A stretch of 64,000 nucleotides of DNA from Candidatus Altimarinota bacterium (GCA_965250085.1 OZ252287.1:928001-992000), one strand, 5' to 3'; counted from the first letter of the stretch, positions 1-9,642 are shown. Numbers and translations: made by a program. The notes: a model not told the origin generated them from the sequence alone.

Positions 1-328
1 TTGTTCTTTTCTTAGCAATTTCTTTCCTGAAGCCTCTTATGTCCTTCTTCCACTTTTTAGCATGGTATTCGTAATCTTGCCGAGTATTCTCTTTCCAGTA
101 GTTTTTATTTTTTGTAGTGGGATCTTTAATGTACCCTTCATGTTCTTTTCTCCGCTTATTATATGATCTCATTCCCTTTTTTTCACGCCTAATCTGTTCT
201 TTAATTTTTAATATTTCCTCCTTTCTCATCGCCGAAGGCAAATTGCTCATCCCATGAGCTGTCATGGCAACACCAGTAACAGAAACACCGGCAGAAGTTC
301 CACATCCTACAGCTCCACCTGCAGTACT
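1..328 (-). pseudogene. Orphan Rhs/polymorphic-toxin C-terminal fragment (5'-truncated, runs off window)
   Basis: Not in the ORF track. Manual translation of the minus strand from 328 is open to base 1: STAGGAVGCGTSAGVSVTGVAMTAHGMSNLPSAMRKEEILKIKEQIRREKKG...YHAKKWKKDIRGFRKEIAKKRT. A Gly/Ala-rich pre-toxin-like segment precedes a basic helical domain. It lies downstream of the Rhs/immunity pair on the same strand. Confidence 0.55.
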
Positions 329-867
329 TAAGCGGGAGCAGGTGTGCCTTGTGCCACCTGGTCCTGATACTCAAAAGGGTCAGCAATTGCAAGAGGACCA
401 TGGGGACAAGCAGATGAATGTAGCCAGTACTCTGGCCTAGCCACATATGTTCTTTTTACAGGATTATTTTCTATATATTCTTTTTTTTGCCAAAAATAAT
501 CCTCAGATTCAATAACCTTGGGCATATTTGTTTTTTCCCAAATACAATACTTTCCATTTTTCATAAAAGCCGATTCTAAAGATGGTTCTGTGGAACGAAT
601 ATTTTGCATCAATTCATATGCTGTATACTTTTTAAAATCACGGACAAATCCTGCTACATCAGGACATTGTATGATCATGTGAATATGATTGATCATAAAT
701 ACGTATGCAAAAATTTGCAGGTCTTTATTTTGCTGACAGTATTCAAGTGAATTTGTGAGAAGACCCCAACGATCATAGCGGTCCAAAATATATAGCCAAT
801 CTTTGATGGTACAGGTTACAAAATACAGAGAGCTGTTCATATCTTTAGAAACACGTATAGAAGGCAT
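328..867 (-). CDS. REP-associated tyrosine transposase (RAYT, Y1/HUH family)
   Basis: YFVT near the N-terminus, HUH motif (YVFMINHIHMI), DFKKYTA and catalytic YIENNPVK...PEYWLHSSA. Start moved to MPSIRV at 867 because the duplicated copy starts at the equivalent codon. Confidence 0.88.
   Translation of the reverse strand: MPSIRVSKDMNSSLYFVTCTIKDWLYILDRYDRWGLLTNSLEYCQQNKDLQIFAYVFMINHIHMIIQCPDVAGFVRDFKKYTAYELMQNIRSTEPSLESAFMKNGKYCIWEKTNMPKVIESEDYFWQKKEYIENNPVKRTYVARPEYWLHSSACPHGPLAIADPFEYQDQVAQGTPAPA
331..360. repeat. REP-like element at RAYT 3' end
   Basis: GCGGGAGCAGGTGTGCCTTGTGCCACCTG; CAGGTG/CACCTG stem. Same GGGAGCAGGTGT core as the copies at 918-950 and 1186-1226. Confidence 0.7.
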
Positions 868-1222
868 AGGTTTTGTGAATAAGGCGGCTAAAGATTGTGA
901 GTGAAGGATGATGGAAGTCATTCGCCTCGCTCAGAACACCTGCTCCCGCGGAAGATATGATTGATCATAAATACGTATGCAAAAATTTGCAGGTCTTTAT
1001 TTTGCTGACAGTATTCAAGTGAATTTGTGAGAAGACCCCAACGATCATAGCGGTCCAAAATATATAGCCAATCTTTGATGGTACAGGTTACAAAATACAG
1101 AGAGCTGTTCATATCTTTAGAAACACGTATAGAAGGCATAGGTTGTGAACAAAGTAGAGTTAAAAGATTGTGGGTGAAGGATGATAGGAGCAGGTGTCAT
1201 TCGCTTCTCTCAGAACACCTGC
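683..1222. repeat. ~270-bp tandem direct duplication (about 683-943 and 955-1222)
   Basis: The coding parts are identical. The upstream parts have diverged, and both end in GTCATTCGC...TCAGAACACCTGC. Confidence 0.9.
918..1139 (-). pseudogene. Truncated 5' duplicate of the RAYT gene
   Basis: About the first 62 codons are identical to the 328..867 protein (MPSIRV...MINHI). The frame then runs into the REP sequence. Confidence 0.85.
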
Positions 1223-1226
1223 CGCG
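1186..1226. repeat. REP hairpin
   Basis: GCAGGTGT-CATTCGCTTCTCTCAGA-ACACCTGC, an 8-bp perfect stem that overlaps the stop of the 1210..1779 gene. Confidence 0.75.
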
Positions 1227-1779
1227 TGGAGCTTGATTTTATTAAGAGTGGAAAGACCAACAAAAATACTAATAATAAAATCTTGAAGACATGAAATGCA
1301 GAAAATAAAAAATCAGAAGGATCATATAAAAACCAAACATATAAACTATAAAAAACAATGCCAATAAGAGTAGAAAAAAAAATAAAAAAACAAGAAAAAA
1401 ATCCAAGCTTTTTATAAAAATGAAAAGAAATCAAATATGCAAAAACCCAACCTATTGAACCAATTATAACCCCTTGAAAAAAGAACCATCCAGCAAGACC
1501 ATTAAATGTGCGAAAAGTAGAAATGTAATCATGAATCGAATAAACAATGCAAAGAAGTGATAAAGAAACAACTATTTTTAAGAGTGCCGACTCAAAACAA
1601 AAAGAAGAAAAGTAATAATTAGCCAGGCTGAATACAATAAATGATAAAAACACTGGCAATAAAATATGAGTATAGGGAATTGGATAACTCATAAAAATTA
1701 GAAAAACCAAACTGATAACGACTGATGTTACACAGCATCCATAACTTACTTTTTTGACAGCCTTAGGAAAATTATTCAT
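1210..1779 (-). CDS. Multi-pass membrane protein, probable immunity protein of the Rhs toxin
   Basis: About six hydrophobic segments, very AT-rich, starts 17 bp downstream of the Rhs stop on the same strand. Confidence 0.65.
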   Translation of the reverse strand: MNNFPKAVKKVSYGCCVTSVVISLVFLIFMSYPIPYTHILLPVFLSFIVFSLANYYFSSFCFESALLKIVVSLSLLCIVYSIHDYISTFRTFNGLAGWFFFQGVIIGSIGWVFAYLISFHFYKKLGFFSCFFIFFSTLIGIVFYSLYVWFLYDPSDFLFSAFHVFKILLLVFLLVFPLLIKSSSTRQVF

Positions 1780-1796
1780 ATGACAAAAAGAAAAAC

Positions 1797-4700
1797 TTAT
1801 TCTTTTGAGCCCTCTTCCTGCTTCTTTTTTATAGTTTCTCGATTACGAAGGCTTCGAATCATAGTTCCGATATCACTCCAGGCTTGATCACTTCTTATCC
1901 AACTGTGGATATCTATTTTTTCTTGTGTATAACTCAAAGGCTGATTAAATTCTAAATTAGAAGTTCCACTTGCTCCTCTCCAAGGATGTCGAGGTTTTTC
2001 ATCCGTTCCCTCAGCACCAGCCCATTGAACAATATCTTCTACATGATACACATTATAAACCTCATGAATATTTGTTGTATCTAATTCATAATCTGATCTA
2101 TTTGGAGTTGCCAATAACACTAAAGCATCAACATTTCTGCGAATTCTTTCATTATTAATAGCTTCAATGGCAACATTTCCACCATGACTATGCCCTACTA
2201 TATTTAATTGCTCACCTTCTGCAAATTCGTAATGTTCATTTATATATTTTGCAAGAGCCATAGCAGCTACGGATCGTTCGGACTTATTGTTTCCACCAGA
2301 CCATCGCATATTAATATATTTATTGTCACCCAAGTCAGCGGAGGCTTTTTTCATATAACTTTCTGAGAAAGGATTTGCATCTTTCCTTGGCAAAACAGTT
2401 CCATGAATAAAGATAGTGAGAAGTCCATCAGGATCAATTGCACCTAAAGGATTATTCCGCACATAAGTATAAGAATTAGACTGTTGTGGATCAGTTAAAA
2501 AGGTTTCTGGGATATATCTGGCAATCGGATCCACACTCACAAACCTCCCAATCCCAGAATCATAATACCTCGCCTCATAATAATACAACCCCGTATCTTC
2601 ATCCTTCTCTTTCCCCGTAAACTTATAATCATTTTCATAAGAAGAAGACTGTTCATCCAACCTCACATCTCCATAGGGATAATAGTCGAGGACTTCCAAT
2701 ACATTTCCCATATCATCCGTATCTACATTAGACCCTGTCAGATGATCTGCATGATGGTACACAATCGCAGGAGTGCCGCCCTCTGCCGGAGGTTCCCCTC
2801 CTCCTCCATTCCCATGATCCACCGTAATCGCACCGGAACTGTATACCATGACCGGTGCATTGACCCCATCGTCAATCACTCCATAGACATATTGATCCCC
2901 TTCAGGCAGACCTGAGGTGTCCCATGTATAGCTGTCAGACACATCATCTTCAGAGATCCCCTGCTCGTTGATACTCCTTCCATCAAATCCTTCAGTATCT
3001 GTATCAGAAAAGAAAGAAACAGACGCATCGTCATCGGGATCAGAGTCTGTCCAGGTAATCACAAATGAAGTATCGGCTGTGTCATCCACTCCATCAGGTT
3101 CCACAAGAGTGAGCGTGGGAGGCGTGTTATTCGTCCCTCCTGTATCTCCATGATCTACTGTCACTGGTCCCGCACTGTATACCGTGACCGGAGGATTGAC
3201 CTCATCGTCAATCACTCCATAGACATAGTAGTCTCCACTCAGAAGATCTGTCGTATCCCATGTATAACTATCGGTCGCATCGTCTTCAGAGGTTGCCACC
3301 AGCAGTCTTCCATCAGCACCACTATTATCTGCATCAGAAAAGAAAGAGAGGGAGGCGTCATCATCCGGGTCATCATCTGTCCAGGTAATCCCAAACGACG
3401 TATCGGCTGTGTCATCCGTTCCATCTGGTTCCACAATCGTCAATGAAGGAGCAGTATTCCCCGACCCCCCGCCTTCGTGATATACAAAAACCGAACCCCC
3501 GCTATATGCGATGACGGGTGCATTGACCCCATCGTCAATTATTGCTGAGAGTGGATATTCTCCCTCTGGAATTGCAGAGGTATCCCACAAAAAAGAGTCG
3601 GTCGTATCGTCTTCACTGAGCAGTGGAGACGTAACGGAGACAAATTCAGTTCCATCATGATATCTCACATCGATGGATGCATCGTCATCTGGATCAGAAT
3701 CCGTCCACGTGATGAGAAAACTCTGGTCAGCACCATTATCTTGGTCAAATGCGGGGAAAAGGAAGGTAAATGTGGGCGGAATGTTTCCTTGTGCGTGTGC
3801 GGAAGAAAAAAGCATAGAAGAAAACACGGACGGGATATCGAGATATGAAGAACGCCCATTATTGCCATTTCCGTTCCCGTTGCCATTCCCATTCCCATTC
3901 CCACCGCCCGATGGAGGGGGAGAACCGGGAACAATCTCGGCGTTCGAGAGAGTTGCAACTTTCATACCGCCGGCTGGCAGGGAGACAAAATTCTTCACCT
4001 CGCCATCTTCAATGTCAGAATATTCATTGACATATATTGTCTCTTTTCCACTGGTCGCATTGACCTTTTTCACTCTCGCGCCTCCTTCATCATACTCATA
4101 ATTCACGGTGCTCACTCCATCTGTAGAGCTCAGCATGCGGTCTTTGTAGTCCCAGCTATGGGTCCACGTATCATTGGAAAGAAGATTTCCATTTTTATCA
4201 TATGTGTACGGAACGGTTTGAGATTTCCCTTTCACTTTTGGTGTTATGATTTGAGTAACGGCATGGGGATTCGCTGTCGTCCCAGAACTGGTAGCAGAAC
4301 CTCCTCCTGCATAGGCATAGGTGCCAGCTTCTGAATGGCTCAGCATATTGCCAATGATATCATAGGTAAATTCACGAGTATAATTGTCTCCATTGGCGGC
4401 ATTGGTCACGGTTGCGGAGAGCAGTCTGTCCAGATCGTCATAGGTATAATTCACGGTTTTTGCAGAATTGGTGCTAGACGCATCTACTATTTGGGTAATG
4501 TTTCCCACCGGATCAAAGGTGTAGCTGATGTCTTGTAGTAGGGGCTCAAGATTTTGAGCCTCTACGATAGTGGTTTTATTGGTCAGTCGGTAGATCTGAT
4601 TGATATCATAGGTGTTTACGGTGCTCACGCCATTGGCGGAGTCGATTTGAGAGATACGTCCAATGGGAGAGGAGTCAATATTTGTTATCACCGGTGAAGA

Positions 4701-7700
4701 ACTCAGTCCATCACATCCATTCGTCATGCCAATATCACTGTCAGAAAAACATTGCGAAACAGTTTCTAATTGCCCCGCTCTGCCATATCCATATTCCACC
4801 GCTGTTTTTCCGTCAGGATACGTGATACTCAGCTGGTTCCCCACTAAATCATAGGTGAACGAAGTGGTATAAGTTGTCGCGTTGATATCTTTACTCTCAC
4901 TCAAAACTCGTCCCAAGATATCGTAGGCATAGTCTTTTTCCACGGCTGAGGAAACAATCCGCCTCAGACGTCCGGTGCCATGGGTGCCGAGATCATAGGT
5001 ATAGGTAGCTTGGAGCTGGGAGTCGGGAGCTGGGAGTGTGCGAGAAGACTCTGTCAGCACTCGGTCGAGCTCATCATAGGCATACGTGATTTCCTGATCC
5101 TTTGGATCAATTTGAGAGATGAGATTGCTATTGGCATCATAGTCATAACTCCAGGTGCCAAAGGTGGTATCTCCAGAGGTATGCAGATCCTGCATGGTGA
5201 GACGGCGACCAAGCAGGTCGTAGGTCATACTTCGTTCGTTTCCCTTGGCATCGGTAATCTTCGTGAGATTATTCAATTGATCATAGGTGTAGTTTGTATT
5301 GAAAGTACTGCCATCGAGGTGTTCAGTGACTTGCACCAGATTGCCCCTCGCATCGGATGCAAAATCTTTGGAATGTCCATTGGCATCGGTCACGGTTTGT
5401 GACCATTGGTCGTAGCTGGTAGAAGTGGTGCCGACGGGAGTGGTAATACTCGTGACACGATTGATCGTGTCATACGAGAGCTGGGAGCCAGGAGTTTGGA
5501 GCTGGGAGGAGTCGTAAGAACTTCCGGTCTCAAATGTGGGAAGGGTTTGTTTCTCCACATTTCCCCGATTATCATACTGAGTACTGAGTACTGTGTACTG
5601 ATTACTTCCTTCAGCTTCAGTTCTCGTTTGGATGGTTCTGCCAAAGCCGTCCAGGTACACAATCCCCTCTATCAAAATCTCCCCCAGCCCCTCTTTGCGA
5701 AAGAGGGAGGGTGTATGGGTGTGGGTCGTCGTCGTTACACTATTGGGCACTGAAGAGGTATTGTAGCTATATGTAGCGGCAGTTACTTCGTTCGCAGGTG
5801 ATGCGGGATTGGTGACTCGTGATTCAACCACTCGTCCCAGACTATCTAGCACGGTAATTGATTTCGCTCCATTGGGATCGGTGACTTGTGTGGGTACTCC
5901 GAAAAGGTAATTATATTCATAATTTGTACTGTGTGATTTGGCATTGGTAATTGTCTTGGGATACAGATTTACTGAATCATAGATAATATTAGTGTCGTAT
6001 CCACGGGGATTGGTGATCTTGGTCGGAAGACCGTATCCATTGTATTGAGTTTTCGTAGAAATCCACTGCTGACTGCTGACAACTGACAACTGACTCCTTT
6101 CTGTTCTGTTTCCAATGGAGACCTGCCCCAGCGGGAGATCATCATAATACATTTTGCTTTCTCCAATGACGTTTCCACCATTATCGAGTAACTCCTGTCT
6201 TTTAGGGAGAGAGAGGATATGATCGGTGGTGCTTAGGGCGTATTCAATATTGCTGGTGAGGGTATCGGAGCCGATGTCGGTAAAATTTCCCGCACCATCC
6301 ACAGCATTGACTTCTCCATAGTCAATTTGCTGTGTCATATTTCCGTACGCGTCGTAACTGAATTCTGAAGCGGTAGCTTTGTAATTGACGGAGCTTTGTT
6401 CGGAATAGGTCAGGGCGATGTTTTTTTCTAGGAGTGATTCATAACTATTGGTTCCACGAGGTTTAATATCGTAGAAGTTTTTTACTTCTTGTAATACATC
6501 TCCTACAGGAGTGTATATTTTTTGATTTTTCAGAGATCCTTTGCCGGCAAAATTTTGTGAAGGACTTCCCTGCTCGTATTCGGTCACAACTTTGGAACCA
6601 TCTGGCAGTGTTTTGGTGACGGTTTGAAATCCCAGAAGCTCCTGCTCCTGCACATGATTTCTATACATTTTCCCTCCGGTATATTCGTAGTTTATTTCAC
6701 TGGTATTTCCCAAACCGTCATTTGTAGAGAGTTTAGAAAGTGTCAGGCGGGGAATCGGAAGTTCAATATTAGCGGCACTTCCATCAGCATTGGTATAACT
6801 GGAAGCAGGAGTGTATTCAAAGCTTGCTGACCCTCCGAGAGGACTTGTCACACTGGTAAGGACAGGAAGGTCAAAAATAACGTCTTCTAATTCTGGAGAA
6901 ATATTTCCTTCGTCCATTTCCCGATATCTGTAACGAATATATTTTTCCTGGATACCATCATGGTTGATGTCTGTAAAATCATACACCGCATGAGCATCAG
7001 GATTATTCGGGTTTCCAAATTTCAAATCATTTCTCTGTATAAACGCATCTTCCCAACCGTTCCCATTATTGAGATACACCATACCAAGTGATTGAAAATA
7101 CATATCTGGTAGTCCATCACGATTGATGTCCATGAGTTTCGCATCTGCAAGATATCCATCATACTCGCAAGAATTCTCACCAGGAGTGCTTGAACTGTTG
7201 CAATCTTGCCCACGTTGTTCATACATGCGTGCCGGTAGAATGAGTTCTTCAGTGATATCATCCCATCCTTCTCCAGTGTTTAATAATATTTTCTTGCTCT
7301 CTACAAATGACCCAGGAATAGGATTTTCGTAGTCATAATCATAAAAAGCTTCGTATTGATAATCATGCACCAGGTCATCGAGACCGTCATTATTGATATC
7401 GATAAAAGTGCTTCCTGCTTGATGGTACACATCGTTAGGTATATACCACGCATGATTTGTGTCATCTTCATCAAGCCATCTGTCAGCCCCCTGACCGTTA
7501 TTTTTATAGAATATGTAGTCTTTTGTATTATTTCTTCGCCTTTCTCCATAATTAAACGCATCGAGAAGTGAGTCTTTATTCACATCGAGAAAAAAGTATC
7601 CGTATTTATATTCCGCATTCTCAGAGAGAAGCCACTGAAATGGTTCATTCGGGTCACAGACAAAACGATCACTCTGATTATTTCCATCATCAACACAGTG

Positions 7701-9167
7701 ATTGAGTTCAATATCACCGTTAAAATCAAGATATGATGACGATACAAGAGATTCTCCATCGTGAAGATCATGAAGGCCATGATTAAGAGGTATTACTTCT
7801 TCTGTCAGATCGCCATTCCCCTGATTCAGGTACAGCTTCATTTCATACTCATCATTTCCTACATATCGATTAGCAAAATAATCTTGCCAGCCATCGCTAT
7901 TATAATCGCCAAAAATATAGTGGTAGAGTCTATTTTGCCAATGTCCCCCTAAATTCGGATCCCAATAAGCCGGAAAATCAAGAGAGAATGACCGGGAACC
8001 ATCATAGGATTCATACTCAAACACAGTGGGAGGAAGGGACAGCTCACTTCCATTGGAGACCCCCTTTTGTTCTACGTTTTCCAGAAAAACAATGGTGTCC
8101 TGAGTGGCATAAGAAAATGTATACACGACTTTGTCTCCCGAAAATGGATCGATGACTTCTATCTGATCCAATACATCTCGTTGCTCCACCACTGGAAACA
8201 GTCTGGAATACGATGGGAGCATATCAAATTGTTCAATAGTGCCGGAAAAATAGGGTTCAAAACGAACTTCATAGGGCTGAGTTTCATTTCCATACACAAT
8301 ACGCTGTAAATAGACAGCTCCCTGACTTTTGGTATATTCATACGATATTGTATTGCCATTGGTATCTTTCATTTCCGTAACATACCAGGCGTACATCCTG
8401 CCTCCATCATCACTCTGCTCCCGTGCATCTGACATGGTTCCAAAACGATATATTGTGCCGGTAGCATCAATAATTTCCCAGGTATTATCTATTTTGAATT
8501 CATGGCGCACTACTCCAGCCTGTACCTTGGGAATGTACGTTCCATATCCATTGGCATCAATAGATTCAATGGTGAGTTCTCCACTGCCACCGGCAAAAGG
8601 AGAGAGGAAATTGTTGTTCGTGTACAGATCTTCTACCCCCGTGCGTGAGTATCGTTCTATCTTGGGAAGACTCAAACTCCATCCGGTGCCCAGTTCAGAA
8701 TTGACTTCTTTATTGCTGGCGGAATAGCTCAATTGAACTGAAGGAGTAAAGCCATTCCTTCCGGGTGGCACGAAAATGGGATATGAATACTGCACATCTC
8801 CGGTGAATTCACTCACGGTGTATTCACCACCGAGACCGACAACATTGCTCAAAGGATCCAAATTCATTTCTGGCACAAAGGTAAAATCATCATCTTGTCC
8901 GACTGCATTAGCAGATGAAGAAGCGGCAGACTCAAGAGATTCAGAATCTTGTGTTTCAAGAAGAGGTTCAGCAGAAGATAGTTCTTCGGAAGAATCTTCT
9001 CCAACAGGATTTTCCGCCTCATTGGTAGCAATTGATTCTTCTATAGCCTCTTGTGAATCCAATGTTACAGATTCATCTACCGTCGAAGCGTCCTGTGCAA
9101 ATGCGACAGGCAATATTCCTCCTTGAAGGAGGATAAAAGTACATAAAAAACATAATAATTTTTGCAT
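1797..9167 (-). CDS. Secreted RHS/YD-repeat polymorphic toxin (SpvB-like N-terminus, FG-GAP repeats, RHS core, alpha/beta-hydrolase toxin)
   Basis: Signal peptide (VAFAQ); SpvB/TcB-like YSYPIFVPPGRNGFTPSVQLSY...GTGWSL; DxNxDGxxD repeats; YD repeats; RHS core YKFTGKEKDEDTGLYYYEARYYD...DPDG; C-terminal IHGT...GHSHGG. Confidence 0.93.
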   Translation of the reverse strand: MQKLLCFLCTFILLQGGILPVAFAQDASTVDESVTLDSQEAIEESIATNEAENPVGEDSSEELSSAEPLLETQDSESLESAASSSANAVGQDDDFTFVPEMNLDPLSNVVGLGGEYTVSEFTGDVQYSYPIFVPPGRNGFTPSVQLSYSASNKEVNSELGTGWSLSLPKIERYSRTGVEDLYTNNNFLSPFAGGSGELTIESIDANGYGTYIPKVQAGVVRHEFKIDNTWEIIDATGTIYRFGTMSDAREQSDDGGRMYAWYVTEMKDTNGNTISYEYTKSQGAVYLQRIVYGNETQPYEVRFEPYFSGTIEQFDMLPSYSRLFPVVEQRDVLDQIEVIDPFSGDKVVYTFSYATQDTIVFLENVEQKGVSNGSELSLPPTVFEYESYDGSRSFSLDFPAYWDPNLGGHWQNRLYHYIFGDYNSDGWQDYFANRYVGNDEYEMKLYLNQGNGDLTEEVIPLNHGLHDLHDGESLVSSSYLDFNGDIELNHCVDDGNNQSDRFVCDPNEPFQWLLSENAEYKYGYFFLDVNKDSLLDAFNYGERRRNNTKDYIFYKNNGQGADRWLDEDDTNHAWYIPNDVYHQAGSTFIDINNDGLDDLVHDYQYEAFYDYDYENPIPGSFVESKKILLNTGEGWDDITEELILPARMYEQRGQDCNSSSTPGENSCEYDGYLADAKLMDINRDGLPDMYFQSLGMVYLNNGNGWEDAFIQRNDLKFGNPNNPDAHAVYDFTDINHDGIQEKYIRYRYREMDEGNISPELEDVIFDLPVLTSVTSPLGGSASFEYTPASSYTNADGSAANIELPIPRLTLSKLSTNDGLGNTSEINYEYTGGKMYRNHVQEQELLGFQTVTKTLPDGSKVVTEYEQGSPSQNFAGKGSLKNQKIYTPVGDVLQEVKNFYDIKPRGTNSYESLLEKNIALTYSEQSSVNYKATASEFSYDAYGNMTQQIDYGEVNAVDGAGNFTDIGSDTLTSNIEYALSTTDHILSLPKRQELLDNGGNVIGESKMYYDDLPLGQVSIGNRTERSQLSVVSSQQWISTKTQYNGYGLPTKITNPRGYDTNIIYDSVNLYPKTITNAKSHSTNYEYNYLFGVPTQVTDPNGAKSITVLDSLGRVVESRVTNPASPANEVTAATYSYNTSSVPNSVTTTTHTHTPSLFRKEGLGEILIEGIVYLDGFGRTIQTRTEAEGSNQYTVLSTQYDNRGNVEKQTLPTFETGSSYDSSQLQTPGSQLSYDTINRVTSITTPVGTTSTSYDQWSQTVTDANGHSKDFASDARGNLVQVTEHLDGSTFNTNYTYDQLNNLTKITDAKGNERSMTYDLLGRRLTMQDLHTSGDTTFGTWSYDYDANSNLISQIDPKDQEITYAYDELDRVLTESSRTLPAPDSQLQATYTYDLGTHGTGRLRRIVSSAVEKDYAYDILGRVLSESKDINATTYTTSFTYDLVGNQLSITYPDGKTAVEYGYGRAGQLETVSQCFSDSDIGMTNGCDGLSSSPVITNIDSSPIGRISQIDSANGVSTVNTYDINQIYRLTNKTTIVEAQNLEPLLQDISYTFDPVGNITQIVDASSTNSAKTVNYTYDDLDRLLSATVTNAANGDNYTREFTYDIIGNMLSHSEAGTYAYAGGGSATSSGTTANPHAVTQIITPKVKGKSQTVPYTYDKNGNLLSNDTWTHSWDYKDRMLSSTDGVSTVNYEYDEGGARVKKVNATSGKETIYVNEYSDIEDGEVKNFVSLPAGGMKVATLSNAEIVPGSPPPSGGGNGNGNGNGNGNGNNGRSSYLDIPSVFSSMLFSSAHAQGNIPPTFTFLFPAFDQDNGADQSFLITWTDSDPDDDASIDVRYHDGTEFVSVTSPLLSEDDTTDSFLWDTSAIPEGEYPLSAIIDDGVNAPVIAYSGGSVFVYHEGGGSGNTAPSLTIVEPDGTDDTADTSFGITWTDDDPDDDASLSFFSDADNSGADGRLLVATSEDDATDSYTWDTTDLLSGDYYVYGVIDDEVNPPVTVYSAGPVTVDHGDTGGTNNTPPTLTLVEPDGVDDTADTSFVITWTDSDPDDDASVSFFSDTDTEGFDGRSINEQGISEDDVSDSYTWDTSGLPEGDQYVYGVIDDGVNAPVMVYSSGAITVDHGNGGGGEPPAEGGTPAIVYHHADHLTGSNVDTDDMGNVLEVLDYYPYGDVRLDEQSSSYENDYKFTGKEKDEDTGLYYYEARYYDSGIGRFVSVDPIARYIPETFLTDPQQSNSYTYVRNNPLGAIDPDGLLTIFIHGTVLPRKDANPFSESYMKKASADLGDNKYINMRWSGGNNKSERSVAAMALAKYINEHYEFAEGEQLNIVGHSHGGNVAIEAINNERIRRNVDALVLLATPNRSDYELDTTNIHEVYNVYHVEDIVQWAGAEGTDEKPRHPWRGASGTSNLEFNQPLSYTQEKIDIHSWIRSDQAWSDIGTMIRSLRNRETIKKKQEEGSKE
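2766..3800 (-). repeat. Three ~105-aa acidic beta-domain repeats inside the Rhs gene
   Basis: NxPPxxxxxxPxxxxDxADxSFxITWTDxDPDDDAS...SxxWDT...IDDxVNxPV occurs three times. DNA similarity is visible (ATTGACCxCATCGTCAAT near 2860, 3195 and 3522). Confidence 0.85.
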
Positions 9168-9642
9168 AGTCTAAAAAGAAAAAATTAAAAGACTAGAGCC
9201 TCTCCACTTTTTGTGGAACTAGGCTTTTAGGATCTGTTTCCGCAAAACTCTCCATTTTCTGCTATTCCTCCAGACACTTCTCCAGCCTCTTCGCCTTATC
9301 CAATACATCATCGCAGCATTCCAATGGATCGGAGGCAAACTCGTCATACGATAATAAAAATGAATAAAAATATAAAAATACCGAATAAGTAAACAATATA
9401 CTATATAATTTATTTAAAATAATTCCTCTGGAGACCCCATATTTCTCTAAAAAGCAAGAAGTGGTCAATGATTTTCTTTTACTTTTTAATAAACCCTTAA
9501 TGTTTCATTAAAGGTGTTTTTATGAAAAATGCATGGTTCTACTGCCTCAAAAGTCAGTATTTGCAATTCATATTTTTAAGAAGCGTCAAGAGTAAGTGAG
9601 AAAGTGAATCAATGAATCAGTATATAAGTTGTCAGTATATTC

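Noticed and set aside
201-446. 81-aa ORF from the track
   Set aside because: It overlaps the RAYT 3' end out of frame; a different frame (328 to 1) gives the more protein-like sequence.
683-1140. Diversity-generating retroelement TR/VR pair
   Set aside because: The coding copies are identical, with no adenine-specific mismatches, and there is no reverse transcriptase in the window.
9262-9468. 68-aa ORF upstream of the Rhs gene
   Set aside because: Its 5' half is low-complexity AT-rich DNA; the 3' third may be a gene remnant but cannot be assigned.
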